DNA of 64,000 nucleotides from Anaerolineae bacterium. GTDB lineage: Bacteria; Chloroflexota; Anaerolineae; UBA1429. The notes beneath the pieces were generated by a model, which ran no database searches, had not been told where the DNA came from, and worked only from the letters and a program-made list of their open reading frames with translations. Shown in pieces: positions 19,154-31,083 of the stretch. The stretch covers positions 2,720,001-2,784,000 of the forward strand of contig OY776562.1 of NCBI GenBank assembly GCA_963675785.1. The letters run 5' to 3'. A program made the position numbers and the translations under genes. Numbering within the stretch: position 1 is the first letter of the stretch; every line of letters starts with the position of its first letter.

Positions 19154-20680
19154 CTAGGAGAATTCCTGTCGCCTATATTGAAGAGCTTCTGCCAGATGCG
19201 TCACCTCGATTTGAACAGAGCCAGCCAGATCGGCGATAGTGCGAGCGAGTTTGAGCACGCGGTGATAGCCACGTGCAGAAAGGCCGAGTTGAATGGTGGC
19301 TGCCCGAATGATCGCCCGCCCCTGCTCGTCCAACACACACTGTTTGCGTATTTCGCCAGGTCCCATATCAGCATTACTCTGAAGCGCTGTGCCCTTGAAG
19401 CGTTCACGTTGGATCTCGCGAGCCTTTTCCACGCGCTCGCGAATCGCAAGAGAGGATTCTCCCGGCTCCAGCCCAGAGATTTTTTCATAGGGAACACGTG
19501 GTACGGCCATATGAATATCGATGCGATCAAGTAACGGCCCTGAAACTCGCTTTTGATAGCCCTCGATCTGGCCACGCGAACAGGTGCACTCGTGGGTTTC
19601 ATCGCCGTAATAGCCGCATGGACAGGGATTCATGGCGGCAATAAGCATACAGTTCGCCGGAAAACTCAACGACCCTGAAGCTCGCGAAATGGTGACCACG
19701 TGATCTTCCAATGGTTGCCGTAGCACTTCGAGCGTCCGTTGGCCGAATTCGGGCAGCTCATCCAAAAAGAGCACGCCACGATGTGCTAGCGAAATCTCAC
19801 CGGGGCGAGGCCAATTGCCGCCGCCAACCAATCCCGCCTGCGAGATGGTGTGGTGCGGAGCGCGGAAAGGCCGGCGGGTAAGCAGCGGCTCGTCAGAGGG
19901 AAGCAAACCCGCAACAGAGTATATTCGCGTCACATCCAAAGCCTCGTTGATGTCCAGCCTCGGTAGAATAGAGGGCATCGACCGGGCCAGAAGCGTTTTA
20001 CCCGACCCGGGAGGTCCCACCATCAGTGCACAATGCCCCCCTGCTGCGGCAACCTCCAGAGCGCGCTTGACGTGTTCCTGGCCTCGAATTTCGGAAAAAT
20101 CGCTGGCATATTCTGGCTTGAGTAGATTCAAGTCGGCAGACGCCCCATCATCACAGGGTTCAATCAACATCAGGTTGTTCAGGTGCATAGCCAACTCTGC
20201 GAGAGAGGTAACTGGAATCACCTCAAGGCCAGGCACCAATGCAGCCTCAGGCGCATCCACTGCCGGCACATAAGCCACCTTGATGCCCTGTTCGCAGGCG
20301 TGCGAAGCCATGGAGATGACGCCGTTGACATGCCGCAATGAGCCATCTAGTGAAAGTTCGCCAATAAAGATGGATTCGGCAAATTCCAAAGGAAGTTGAT
20401 TCGCTCCAGCCAGAATACCCACAGCAATGGGCAGATCAAAAGCCGGACCGTTCTTGCGCAAATCGGCCGGTGCAAGATTCACCGTCACCCGCTGTTGCGG
20501 AAATTGCAGACCCGAATTGACGATGGCCGAGCGAACTCGCTCACGCGATTCCTGAACGGCCGCTCCGGGCAGCCCCACCATATCAAAGCGGCCAATCTGT
20601 CCACGGTGTACATCGACTTCGACATCAATCAAAACACCCTCGAGTCCAATGAGGGCGCAGCTTTTGATTCTAGCCAGCAT
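19154..20680 (-). CDS. comM: YifB/ComM family Mg-chelatase-like AAA ATPase
   Basis: 'VNLAPADLRKNG', 'GPPGSGKT', 'RPFRAPHHT', 'LFLDELPEF', 'AAMNPCPCG'. Confidence 0.93.
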   Translation of the reverse strand: MLARIKSCALIGLEGVLIDVEVDVHRGQIGRFDMVGLPGAAVQESRERVRSAIVNSGLQFPQQRVTVNLAPADLRKNGPAFDLPIAVGILAGANQLPLEFAESIFIGELSLDGSLRHVNGVISMASHACEQGIKVAYVPAVDAPEAALVPGLEVIPVTSLAELAMHLNNLMLIEPCDDGASADLNLLKPEYASDFSEIRGQEHVKRALEVAAAGGHCALMVGPPGSGKTLLARSMPSILPRLDINEALDVTRIYSVAGLLPSDEPLLTRRPFRAPHHTISQAGLVGGGNWPRPGEISLAHRGVLFLDELPEFGQRTLEVLRQPLEDHVVTISRASGSLSFPANCMLIAAMNPCPCGYYGDETHECTCSRGQIEGYQKRVSGPLLDRIDIHMAVPRVPYEKISGLEPGESSLAIRERVEKAREIQRERFKGTALQSNADMGPGEIRKQCVLDEQGRAIIRAATIQLGLSARGYHRVLKLARTIADLAGSVQIEVTHLAEALQYRRQEFS

Positions 20681-20774
20681 GTCTTGCTCCTTGTTATCAC
20701 AGCCTATGCCACTCTACCACGCCAAAGCTATGTTTTCCAACTCATTTTGTTCTCTTACATGACAAGAAGGGATA

Positions 20775-20803
20775 TTGACAGGCTATGGGCCCAAATCTAG
20801 ACT
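20775..20803 (+). promoter_or_regulatory. Sigma70-type promoter for nnr
   Basis: TTGACA-17 nt-TAGACT. Confidence 0.65.
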
Positions 20804-20832
20804 GGTAATAATCCTATGATGAGGAGTACCTA

Positions 20833-22476
20833 ATGAAGATCGTCTCGATTGAACAAATGCGTGCTCTTGAGGCTGAAACAAATAACAGAGGCGTAAGCTA
20901 TGCTCAAATGATGGAATGTGCAGGTCGCGCTGTGGCCGATGAAACTATAAAAAGAACCCAACTTGATAGCCCAGTCCTCGTGTTAGTTGGCCCTGGCAAC
21001 AATGGCGGCGATGGATTGGTCGCCGCACGATACCTCGCCTTGCGAGGCTATGACACAGCCATTTACATCTGGAACCGTGCCCCGCAACAGGATCCCAACC
21101 TGGATGCAGCACAAGAGCTCAACATTCCCATCTTTTACGCGACTGACGACCCTGGCTTTACTGAGCTCAGTCGCCTGGCCAGTGAGTGTCTGATCATTGA
21201 TGCCTTGTTGGGAACAGGGGCTCAAGGCGAGTTACGCCCAGCACTGCGTGAACTCATCAAGACAGTCCGACGAGCTCGGACAGCGGAGACCAAGAGTATT
21301 TTTACCATCATGCCCCAAGCTCACTGCTGCCGCACCGGCAACAAGCCCCTCGTCATCGCTGTGGACGTACCAACAGGTTTGGACGCCGATAGCGGTTGGG
21401 CTGACCCTGATACATTGCCAGCGGATGTAACGGTCACCTTTGTCGCTCCAAAGAGCGGTCATCTAGGGGCAAACAGTCATCTACTGGGCGAATTGCTTGT
21501 CGCCGATATCGGCGTCCCTCAAGACCTGCTAGAGGACATTCCGCTGCGTCTGGCAGATACAGCACTTATTGCCGGTCTTTTACCAGCACGCCCCGAGGAT
21601 TCGCACAAAGGGACGTTTGGACGGGTGCTTATCATTGGCGGCTCTGCCAATTATGTGGGGGCTCCCTGTCTTTCCGCTCAAGCAGCCTATCGCGCTGGCG
21701 CCGGATTGGTCACGCTAGCCGTACCAAGCTCCGTTGCTGGCAGTGTCAGCCGCGTCACCGAAGCTACCCTGCTACACCTGCCCAGCGATATGGGGGCCAT
21801 CATTCCCCGCGCCCTCGGGATTGTGGCAGAGGTAATCTCGACAGTCAAAGCTTTGTTGGTTGGCCCCGGCCTGGGCACTGATCCCCAGACAAGCGAATTC
21901 GTTAAAAGCCTAGTAGCAGGGCATCTCAATGGAATTGACAAGCCCGTGGGCTTTGTGTCCGGGCAGTCTACGAGAGCGCCTTTCGATTTACCTCCTATGG
22001 TGCTAGATGCCGATGCGCTTAACCATTTAGCAAACACGCCCAGCTGGTGGGAAAACACAGCCGCGCCACTAATCCTCACCCCACACCCTGGCGAGATGGC
22101 CCGATTGCTGAATACAACGACCGCCGAGATACAAGCCCACAGGCAAGACTATGCCACCCGTGCCGCCGAAAAGTGGAATGTCATGGTAGTGCTCAAGGGG
22201 GCTCATACCGTCATTGCTTCGCCGCAGGGACATATCACACTGCTTCCCTTTGCCAATCCCGCCCTGGCAACGGCTGGCACTGGTGATGTACTGGCCGGAA
22301 CCATTGCTTCCTTTTTGGCGCAAGGCCTATCCTGTGAAGATGCCGCCCTATGCGGTAGTTACATCCACGGCTTGGCGGGCGAGTTGCGCAGAAAGGAAAT
22401 CGGCGAGGCGGGTCTTTTGGCGGGCGACCTTTTGCCATTGATTCCTCAGGCGCTACGCCTAACCAAACAAGCATAG
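20833..22476 (+). CDS. nnr: Bifunctional NAD(P)H-hydrate epimerase/dehydratase (NnrE-NnrD)
   Basis: 'GPGNNGGDG', 'IDALLGTG', 'HKGTFG', 'DADAL', 'TPHPGEMARL', 'LATAGTGDVLAG'. Confidence 0.95.
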   Translation: MKIVSIEQMRALEAETNNRGVSYAQMMECAGRAVADETIKRTQLDSPVLVLVGPGNNGGDGLVAARYLALRGYDTAIYIWNRAPQQDPNLDAAQELNIPIFYATDDPGFTELSRLASECLIIDALLGTGAQGELRPALRELIKTVRRARTAETKSIFTIMPQAHCCRTGNKPLVIAVDVPTGLDADSGWADPDTLPADVTVTFVAPKSGHLGANSHLLGELLVADIGVPQDLLEDIPLRLADTALIAGLLPARPEDSHKGTFGRVLIIGGSANYVGAPCLSAQAAYRAGAGLVTLAVPSSVAGSVSRVTEATLLHLPSDMGAIIPRALGIVAEVISTVKALLVGPGLGTDPQTSEFVKSLVAGHLNGIDKPVGFVSGQSTRAPFDLPPMVLDADALNHLANTPSWWENTAAPLILTPHPGEMARLLNTTTAEIQAHRQDYATRAAEKWNVMVVLKGAHTVIASPQGHITLLPFANPALATAGTGDVLAGTIASFLAQGLSCEDAALCGSYIHGLAGELRRKEIGEAGLLAGDLLPLIPQALRLTKQA

Positions 22477-22505
22477 AAAAACGGGCCGCCCAAAGGCGGC
22501 CCGTT
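22477..22505. terminator. Intrinsic terminator between convergent genes
   Basis: AAAAACGGGCCGCC-CAAA-GGCGGCCCGTT. Confidence 0.8.
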
Positions 22506-22524
22506 AAGCAATCTTGTAGAAAAG

Positions 22525-22884
22525 CTAGAGCTCTATTTCGGCAACTTCGATCGAGCCGTCATCCTCTTTGCCCATATCTGGGTTTTCGATCTGCTGCAAC
22601 AGCTCTTCTTTGCGACGGGCAGCTGCCTCTTTGCCCTCCTGAATGGCCACTTGAATGCGACCGCGCTGTTCCTCAACGAAACCACGCCCACGAGAAGCAA
22701 AGCTGTGAACCGCTTCTGGATCACCGGAAATTTCTGCAGCGCGCTGCTCCAGCTCAATGCCCTTTTCCTTGATCTGCTCTCGGAGCTCGGATCCGCTAGA
22801 AGGTGCAAACATCAAGGCCGCCGCGGCGCCAGATACTGCCCCCAGGATAAAACCAATAACAAAACCCCCAGATCTGTTGCTCAT
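22525..22884 (-). CDS. YtxH domain-containing protein
   Basis: 'GFVIGFILGAVSGAAAALMFAPSSGSELREQI'; RBS GGAGG. Confidence 0.88.
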   Translation of the reverse strand: MSNRSGGFVIGFILGAVSGAAAALMFAPSSGSELREQIKEKGIELEQRAAEISGDPEAVHSFASRGRGFVEEQRGRIQVAIQEGKEAAARRKEELLQQIENPDMGKEDDGSIEVAEIEL

Positions 22885-23280
22885 TTACAGTACCTCCTCA
22901 TCCTTCAAAGCCGAGGTTCTCTTATTCACCTGGCCGTTATCTGGCACATCGATTTCAATTTCTTCATCCACAACAGGTTCTGAACGAACGGGGCCGACCT
23001 TGCGGCCTATCGCAAAAAGCGTGTGCAGCGCCTGCATAGTGCCAGCATAATAACTCTTGATCTTGATCAAGGGGGTAACTACCGTCTCACTCACGAATTG
23101 AGTAGTTCCCTTGACGTTCTTAACCGTATCATTGGCCGATTCGAGCATCGGTTTGATTTCTTCCTGAAGCATACGGATCAGTTTTCGAATCTGGATCAGC
23201 AGCACCGTCAACAGGACGCCGATGACGATGGATTCGACTGCTAAAAGGATGATTGCCACATCTCTGGTTCCGGCAAGCAA
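22885..23280 (-). CDS. Single-TM coiled-coil protein (YtxG/DUF948-like)
   Basis: N-terminal TM followed by amphipathic helices; adjacent to ytxH; RBS AAGGAGG with TTG start. Confidence 0.7.
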   Translation of the reverse strand: MLAGTRDVAIILLAVESIVIGVLLTVLLIQIRKLIRMLQEEIKPMLESANDTVKNVKGTTQFVSETVVTPLIKIKSYYAGTMQALHTLFAIGRKVGPVRSEPVVDEEIEIDVPDNGQVNKRTSALKDEEVL

Positions 23281-23322
23281 CTTACTAGACCTCCTTGACT
23301 GGTCTGCCTACGCCACAGTATA

Positions 23323-23577
23323 TCACAAGCCCAGCCAGCGAACAATGAACATCGCCAACCAGCTTCCAACCGTTCCTTCAACAGCATGAACATCGCCCAA
23401 TTGAAGAAAAGAAAGCCCCAAAAGATCTGCGACATAATGGCCAATAAAGAAGCCTGCCAGTGAGGCAATCCAGTAGAGAAAGAGATCCGGCAATTTTTTG
23501 CCGCATAGGGCATAACAGATGCCTGCCCACAATGTCGCCAACACCGATCCAATCAGGAAAATGGGTGAGCTAAACAC
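23323..23577 (-). CDS. Small 3-TM membrane protein
   Basis: 84 aa, hydrophobic and Gly-rich; GGAGG RBS, GTG start; in operon. Confidence 0.75.
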   Translation of the reverse strand: MFSSPIFLIGSVLATLWAGICYALCGKKLPDLFLYWIASLAGFFIGHYVADLLGLSFLQLGDVHAVEGTVGSWLAMFIVRWLGL

Positions 23578-23598
23578 CTCGCCTGACCTCCTGAGTAC

Positions 23599-24672
23599 CT
23601 ACGTGGATTGTGCAATTATACCGCCCCCGATGACGCGACTGCCTTCATAAAGGACGACAGCCTGACCGGGGGTAATATCGCGAAGAGATGTATCAAACTC
23701 GATCCGTGCTGCCTCAGCTCCGAGCGCATAATAGGTGCAACCTGTCGGCTTGCCCTGATAACGAATCTGAGCTTCAAAGCGGCTGCCGTCTTGAGGGGTT
23801 ATACCCTCTATATAGGCCATGTTTTCTGCCACAAGGCCTGAACGTCCCAACTCTTCTATATATCCTACGATAACAGCGTTTTGTAAAGGGTCAAGCTCCA
23901 AAACATACAGGGCCGCAGGAGCAGAAACGCCCAAGCCACCTCGCTGGCCAATGGTATACGCGGCTAGCCCCTGATGAGTGCCTAACCGATTGCCCCACTT
24001 GTCCAGAATAGGGCCAGGATTAAAGGCCTGTGGCGCATGTTCGGCTACAAAACGACGATAGTCGCCATCACAAGAAAAGCACAAGTCCTGGCTCTCGGCT
24101 TTTTCTGCGTTGGGCAAAGACAACTCGGTGGCCAAAATACGCACACGGTCCTTGGCCAACTCTCCAAGGGGGAATAGAATCCTCCCCAGTTGTCTTTGGT
24201 TCAGGCGGTGCAAGAAATAAGATTGATCCTTGCGCTCATCCATACCACGATGTAGTTCCCAGCCTGTCTCACTCTGCAAAATCTTGGCGTAATGGCCGGT
24301 GGCAAGGTAATTCAAGCCCAAATCATCAAGTGCTGCCAGCAATACGCCGAATTTTGTTGTGGGGTTGCAATAGACGCAGGGATTTGGTGTTCGGCCTTGT
24401 GCATATTCACTTATAAATGGCGTAACCACCTGATTATAGAACTGTTGTCTGGCATCCAGTGTGATATGAGGAATGCCAAGATGAATACAAACATCCCGGG
24501 CTTCGTGCGCGGGCGAATAGCCGCACTCGTGCCAAAACTCGAGTGTTGCGCCGGTAACCTCATAGCCTTGTTGAACCAGCAACGCCGCCGTAACAGCGCT
24601 GTCCAGCCCCCCACTCATGGCTACAAGCACCCGAGGGTGCTTGGAATCCTTTCTAGCTCTCTGCCGGGGCAT
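23599..24672 (-). CDS. mnmA: tRNA 2-thiouridine(34) synthase MnmA
   Basis: 'VAMSGGLDS', 'GRTPNPCVYCN', 'ATGHYA', 'KDQSYFL', 'SQDLCF', 'YTIGQR', 'TPGQA'. Confidence 0.97.
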   Translation of the reverse strand: MPRQRARKDSKHPRVLVAMSGGLDSAVTAALLVQQGYEVTGATLEFWHECGYSPAHEARDVCIHLGIPHITLDARQQFYNQVVTPFISEYAQGRTPNPCVYCNPTTKFGVLLAALDDLGLNYLATGHYAKILQSETGWELHRGMDERKDQSYFLHRLNQRQLGRILFPLGELAKDRVRILATELSLPNAEKAESQDLCFSCDGDYRRFVAEHAPQAFNPGPILDKWGNRLGTHQGLAAYTIGQRGGLGVSAPAALYVLELDPLQNAVIVGYIEELGRSGLVAENMAYIEGITPQDGSRFEAQIRYQGKPTGCTYYALGAEAARIEFDTSLRDITPGQAVVLYEGSRVIGGGIIAQST

Positions 24673-25045
24673 CAGCAACCGCATGTTCTGCTATATACTT
24701 TTCAACGGCTTTGTGTATGGCCGAGGCAGCCAAATTTGAGCAATGAAGCTTGGGATCGGGCAATCCGCCAAGGGCGGCTACTACATCATCGTCCGTCAAA
24801 GCCATCGCTTCGTCAAGAGTCATCCCCTTGACCATCTCAGTGGCGATAGAGCTAGAAGCAATCGCCGCGCCGCACCCAAAGGTGCGGAAACTAATATTCT
24901 GAATGCGACCATCCTCAACCATGAGATAAACTTCCATAAAATCGCCACAAACAGGGCTGCCCACCCGGCTGTAGGCATCCGGGGTATCCATCACGCCCAC
25001 ATTACGTGGATTCTGAAAGTGCTCGATAAATTTGTCTGTATACAT
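24653..25045 (-). CDS. iscU: Fe-S cluster scaffold IscU/NifU-N
   Basis: 'EHFQNPRNVG', 'PVCGD', 'FGCGAAIASSS', 'KLHCSNLA'. Confidence 0.95.
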   Translation of the reverse strand: MYTDKFIEHFQNPRNVGVMDTPDAYSRVGSPVCGDFMEVYLMVEDGRIQNISFRTFGCGAAIASSSIATEMVKGMTLDEAMALTDDDVVAALGGLPDPKLHCSNLAASAIHKAVEKYIAEHAVADAPAES

Positions 25046-25059
25046 TCTCTAACCTCTTG

Positions 25060-26244
25060 TTATGACAGCATGCCGACGCTATAAATTGGCGAAAGATCAC
25101 GGATACCTTGCACAATTGGCGGCAATACCTCGATAACGCGATCCACATCCTCTTCTGTATTCTCTCTGCCTAAGGTAAGCCGAATGCTGGCTCGGGCAAG
25201 TAATTTTTTAATGCCGCAAGCTACCAGCACATGCGAAGGTTCAGCCTCTTCCGAAGCACAGGCCGAGCCAGTGCTGCAAGCGATACCTGCCCAATCTAGC
25301 TTCATCTGCACGGCCTCACCCTCAATACCGGCAAATATGAAATTGGCATTATTCGCCAGACGCCGCATGGGGTGCCCGTTCAAGCACGAATCTGGTACCA
25401 AGGTAAGCACGCCTTTGATTAGTCTGTCGCGCAGGGCAACCAAACGCGCTTGCTCTTGCTCGCGATCCTGATGGGCTAATACCAAAGCCTCGCCAAGCCC
25501 CACGATGTAAGGCACGTTCGATGTGCCAGCACGCATTCCCCGCTCTTGGCCACCGCCGGTTTGAATGGGCACGATCGGCGTCCCCCTACGAATATAGAGC
25601 ACACCTACTCCCTTGGGGGCATAGAACTTGTGACCAGAAAGGGACAGCAAATCGACATTGAGTTGATCGACGTCCAACGGCAGGCTTCCGCCAGCTTGAA
25701 CGGCATCTGTATGAAAAACTACACCCGCTTTACGAGCAATAGCACCAATTTCGGCGATTGGCTGAATGGTGCCGATTTCGTTGTTCGCATACATCACACT
25801 GATGAGCACCGTATCAGGTCGGATAGCTTTGCGCACATCATCGGGGTCAACCATGCCCATAGCATCCACAGGCAAATAGGTCACCTTATAGCCATCCAAT
25901 TGCTCGAGCTGTTCGCAGGTTCGCAAAATGGCATGGTGTTCAATGGTCGTGGTGATGATATGCTTACCCTTGCTCCGCAAAGCCGTGGTTACACCGCGAA
26001 TCGCGAGGTTATCGCTCTCGGTGCCGCAACTGGTAAACACAGTTTCATTATCGTTGCAGCCCAGGATACCGGCTACCTGCTTGCGGGCACGATTCAACCC
26101 CTCAGCAGCACCACGTCCCTGGTCATAAAGGCTGGCAGGATTGCCATAATGTTCCGTCCAATAAGGCAGCATGGCTTTGAGAACCCGGGGGTCCACCGCC
26201 GTCGTTGCTGCATGGTCAAGGTATATCCTGGTTAGTTGGGGCAT
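25060..26244 (-). CDS. iscS: Cysteine desulfurase IscS/NifS
   Basis: 'YLDHAATT', 'HTDAVQ', 'SGHKFYAPKG', 'STGSACAS'. Confidence 0.96.
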   Translation of the reverse strand: MPQLTRIYLDHAATTAVDPRVLKAMLPYWTEHYGNPASLYDQGRGAAEGLNRARKQVAGILGCNDNETVFTSCGTESDNLAIRGVTTALRSKGKHIITTTIEHHAILRTCEQLEQLDGYKVTYLPVDAMGMVDPDDVRKAIRPDTVLISVMYANNEIGTIQPIAEIGAIARKAGVVFHTDAVQAGGSLPLDVDQLNVDLLSLSGHKFYAPKGVGVLYIRRGTPIVPIQTGGGQERGMRAGTSNVPYIVGLGEALVLAHQDREQEQARLVALRDRLIKGVLTLVPDSCLNGHPMRRLANNANFIFAGIEGEAVQMKLDWAGIACSTGSACASEEAEPSHVLVACGIKKLLARASIRLTLGRENTEEDVDRVIEVLPPIVQGIRDLSPIYSVGMLS

Positions 26245-26256
26245 CTTACTCCAATA

Positions 26257-26961
26257 CTATGCTGGCTTGGCCGAACCAAGGGCGGCCGTGCTCGAAACCA
26301 ATGCTTCTGTCTGCTCAAGCAATCGGGCCATCTCGAACAGACGCGTTTCCAATTCGTCTACACGGCCGATAAGCCGTTGGCAAGTATCGCACACAGGATC
26401 AGGGAGCTTGCCGTGTTCCATCGTTTCCTCTAGCGTGTGCTCCAAATGCGGCCCACGCACCACACGTGCTGGCACACCCACTGCCGTCGAATCTCGCGGT
26501 ATCGGCTTGACCACTACGGCACCCGAGCCGATGCGAGCATAATCATCCACCAAAATGGGGCCCAGTACAATGGCGTTTGAGCCCAAAATTACGCCCTTGC
26601 CAATTGTTGGGTGGCGCTTGCCCTTTTCCAGTGACGTACCGCCCAACACCACACCTTTGTACATGAGCACATCATCACCAACTTCGGCCGTCTCACCAAT
26701 CACACAGCCCATGCCGTGATCGATAAACACCCTGCGACCGATGGTAGCGCCGGGATGAATCTCGATTCCCGTTCTTCGCCGCGTCAAGTGCGAGATGAGC
26801 CTCGCCAAATAATGAAAATTGTGCGTCCACAGCCAATGGGCAATGCGGTACATCCATATGGCACGCAAACCCGGATAGCAAGTCAAAGCCTCAAACGTGC
26901 TGCGTACAGCCGGGTCTTTTTCAAATATAGTGGCAACATCTTCACGAATTCTATCTAACAT
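26257..26961 (-). CDS. cysE: Serine O-acetyltransferase
   Basis: 'DPAVRS', 'TGIEIHPGA', 'FIDHGMG', 'KRHPTIG', 'VGVPAR'. Confidence 0.96.
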   Translation of the reverse strand: MLDRIREDVATIFEKDPAVRSTFEALTCYPGLRAIWMYRIAHWLWTHNFHYLARLISHLTRRRTGIEIHPGATIGRRVFIDHGMGCVIGETAEVGDDVLMYKGVVLGGTSLEKGKRHPTIGKGVILGSNAIVLGPILVDDYARIGSGAVVVKPIPRDSTAVGVPARVVRGPHLEHTLEETMEHGKLPDPVCDTCQRLIGRVDELETRLFEMARLLEQTEALVSSTAALGSAKPA

Positions 26962-27407
26962 GCCAGTATCTCCCGGTTTCCTGTAAACATTGCCTCCCCG
27001 CTCGATTCATCAGTGAGCACATCAGCAATTGTCAGATTATCAAGGGCGTCAGAAATACGCAGAGCCAACGTCGCAAAAACACTTTTGGTAACACAATGAG
27101 GATCCATACAACATCCCGGTGACGCGTGGGCGCAATCGACATTGAGCAGCGTTCCCTCGACTGCACGAATCACATCGCCCACGGAAATCGAATCGGGAGG
27201 CAGAGCCAGCATATAACCACCCTGGGCACCACGAACGCTCTGCAGCACACCCTCTCGCTTAAGGCGCACGGCAATACGCGCGAGGTAGGCCTGGGGCATC
27301 TCGCTGTCGTCCGCCAAAGCGGTCAACGATATTGGGCCCTCGCCATATCGGCGGCCCAGCTCGACAGTCAAACGCAAAGCTAAACGCTCTTTTGATGAAA
27401 GTCTCAT
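26955..27407 (-). CDS. Rrf2 family regulator (IscR-like, Cys-ligated)
   Basis: wHTH '[12 protein letters not shown]...[12 protein letters not shown]'; '[14 protein letters not shown]'. Confidence 0.92.
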   Translation of the reverse strand: MRLSSKERLALRLTVELGRRYGEGPISLTALADDSEMPQAYLARIAVRLKREGVLQSVRGAQGGYMLALPPDSISVGDVIRAVEGTLLNVDCAHASPGCCMDPHCVTKSVFATLALRISDALDNLTIADVLTDESSGEAMFTGNREILAC

Positions 27408-27439
27408 AAAGCATCAATCCTTACTTGCAAATCAGGATT

Positions 27440-27468
27440 AGAATACCACGAATGCCTAGTATGGTCAA
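27440..27468 (-). promoter_or_regulatory. Sigma70 promoter of the rrf2-cysE-iscS operon
   Basis: TTGACC-17 nt-TATTCT. Confidence 0.6.
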
Positions 27469-27561
27469 AGAGAATACGTGTGACTTTGCACGAATGATTT
27501 GCGCCGCATATCCAATCGTTGTAAACTTGCCGTGGTCGTTATGCCATCAAGGGAGATCGCT

Positions 27562-29652
27562 ATGTTGGATATGTTTTCAAACCCTCGCAGTGTCGCCATC
27601 ATTGGTGCCTCTGCTAACCCAAGTAAGATCGGTTACGATGTCCTTCATAACTTGATTACATCTGGTTATGAAGGCGATGTTTATCCCATCAACCCTAGCT
27701 CGGATGAGATTCTGGGGCTCAAAGCCTACAAGAGCGTAACGGATGTTCCAGGGTCTATCGATCTGGTAGTCATTGTTGTGCCTGCGCGCTTTGTTCCTCA
27801 GCTCATGGTTGAATGTGGGGAAAAGGGTGTCAAAGGCGTCATCGTCATTACGGCGGGCTTTAAGGAGATGGGTCTCGAAGGCGCCGAGATGGAGAAGCAG
27901 CTCGTTGAGATCGCCAAGCAGTATGGTATGCGTGTTATTGGCCCCAACTGCCTGGGCATTATCGAAACCCCCATCAAAATGAACGCTTCATTCGCCCCGG
28001 CCACGCCAGAACCCGGTTCAATCGCCTTTATGTCACAGTCTGGCGCCCTTTGCGGTTCTATTCTCGACTATGCTCTGGCAGAAGACATCGGCTTTTCGCA
28101 TTTCTACAGCCTGGGCAACAAAGCTGATATCGACGAAGTCTCCCTCCTGGAAGACTGGGCCAATGATCCTAACACCAATGTAGTCATTGCCTACATCGAA
28201 GGCCTAAAGGACGGCAAAGCTTTTATCGAAACAGCCTCCAAGGCCACCCGCAAACTTCCCATCGTCGCTCTCAAATCGGGCCGTACCGCCTCTGGTTCCA
28301 AGGCCGTCTCTTCTCACACTGGGAGCCTAGCTGGTTCGGATGCAGCCTATGACGCAGCCTTTGCCCAGAGTGGCGTGCTTCGTGCCGACACGGTGCAAGA
28401 CCTCTTTGACTTTTCAACGGCATTTGCCTACCAGCCCAACATCAAGGGCAACCGCATCTGCCTGATTACCAATGCTGGTGGCCCTGGCGTTATGGCCACC
28501 GACGCCCTTGAGCAGAATGACCTGGTACTGGCCGAACTCAAGCCAGAGACCCAGCAGGCCCTCGAAGCTGTGTTGCCCGCTGCAGCCAACACGCACAACC
28601 CTGTCGATGTGCTGGGTGATGCTCGCGCTGATCGTTACGGCCAAGCTATTGAGATCGTCCTCAAAGATGAGGGTGTGGATGGCGTCATCGTCATTCTTAC
28701 ACCGCAGTCCAGCACCGAAATCGTTCGTACAGCCGAAGTCCTCGTCGAAAAGGTTGCCGAGATCGACAAACCTGTAATGGGCTGTTGGATGGGCAAAAAA
28801 GAAATCGACCATGGCATTCGTGTTCTCTCGCAGAACAAGCTTCCGAACTATCCCTTCCCCTCTCGCGCTGTTCGTGCTATGGGCGCCATGTGGAAGTATG
28901 CCCAGTACCTGGCCAAGCCGATTGAAGAGCCCGTCGTCTTTGACGTCGACAAAAAGGCTGTCGCTGACCTCTTTGCGGAAATTCGCACCGAAGGCCGCAA
29001 TGGCATTGGCGACTCTGAAGCCCAGGCCATCATGAAGGCTTACGGTATCACTATTCCGCAATCTACCGTAGCCGCCACGGCAGATGAAGCAGTCGCTTTC
29101 TGCAAAAAGATCGGTTATCCCGTGGTGATGAAAATTGCCTCTCCCGATATTCTCCACAAATCGGATGCGGGCGGCATCGCCGTGGGTGTATCGGGTGATG
29201 ATGAAGTCCGCGCCACTTTTGCCAAGATCGTTGCAAACGCCAAGGCTTACAAAGCTGACGCCGAAATCTGGGGCACCCAGATCCAGGAAATGGTCACAGG
29301 CGCCAAAGAGATCATCATCGGCATGAACCGCGACCCACAGTTCGGCCCCCTGGTGATGTTCGGTCTTGGGGGTATCTATGTTGAAGTCCTCAAAGATGTC
29401 AAGTTCCGCGTAGCCCCAATGACCCGTACACAGGCTTACGAGATGGTCCAGTCCATTCGTTCCTACGCATTGCTCAAGGGTGTTCGCGGTCAGGCGCCTT
29501 CTGATATCGAAGCAACAGTAGACGTGCTCTTGCGCGTCGCACAGCTCGTGACCGATTTCCCTGAAATCGCCGAGCTCGACATTAACCCGCTGTTGGTGCG
29601 TGAAGCTGGCAAGGGAGCCGTCGGTGTTGACATGCGGCTCATCCTCAAGTAG
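27562..29652 (+). CDS. Acetate--CoA ligase (ADP-forming), fused alpha/beta
   Basis: 'PRSVAIIGAS', 'GPNCLG', 'SQSGAL', phospho-His 'SHTGSLAG', 'TNAGGPG', ATP-grasp 'HKSDAGG', 'ELDINPL'; no GNAT domain. Confidence 0.93.
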   Translation: MLDMFSNPRSVAIIGASANPSKIGYDVLHNLITSGYEGDVYPINPSSDEILGLKAYKSVTDVPGSIDLVVIVVPARFVPQLMVECGEKGVKGVIVITAGFKEMGLEGAEMEKQLVEIAKQYGMRVIGPNCLGIIETPIKMNASFAPATPEPGSIAFMSQSGALCGSILDYALAEDIGFSHFYSLGNKADIDEVSLLEDWANDPNTNVVIAYIEGLKDGKAFIETASKATRKLPIVALKSGRTASGSKAVSSHTGSLAGSDAAYDAAFAQSGVLRADTVQDLFDFSTAFAYQPNIKGNRICLITNAGGPGVMATDALEQNDLVLAELKPETQQALEAVLPAAANTHNPVDVLGDARADRYGQAIEIVLKDEGVDGVIVILTPQSSTEIVRTAEVLVEKVAEIDKPVMGCWMGKKEIDHGIRVLSQNKLPNYPFPSRAVRAMGAMWKYAQYLAKPIEEPVVFDVDKKAVADLFAEIRTEGRNGIGDSEAQAIMKAYGITIPQSTVAATADEAVAFCKKIGYPVVMKIASPDILHKSDAGGIAVGVSGDDEVRATFAKIVANAKAYKADAEIWGTQIQEMVTGAKEIIIGMNRDPQFGPLVMFGLGGIYVEVLKDVKFRVAPMTRTQAYEMVQSIRSYALLKGVRGQAPSDIEATVDVLLRVAQLVTDFPEIAELDINPLLVREAGKGAVGVDMRLILK

Positions 29653-29704
29653 GCTTAGCTTAGAGGTTCTAGGAGTTATTTCTGCATTTCTGTTGCAAGA
29701 ACAT

Positions 29705-29733
29705 AGAGCCCCTCACATAGAGGGGCTCTTCTT
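29705..29733 (+). terminator. Intrinsic terminator
   Basis: AGAGCCCCTC-ACATA-GAGGGGCTCT-TCTT. Confidence 0.7.
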
Positions 29734-29735
29734 GA

Positions 29736-31070
<1,335 letters not shown>

Positions 31071-31083
31071 GCCATGTTATACC

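Noticed and set aside
27562-29652. Protein lysine acetyltransferase Pat/Pka
   Set aside because: No GNAT domain, and the catalytic His (SHTG) is intact.
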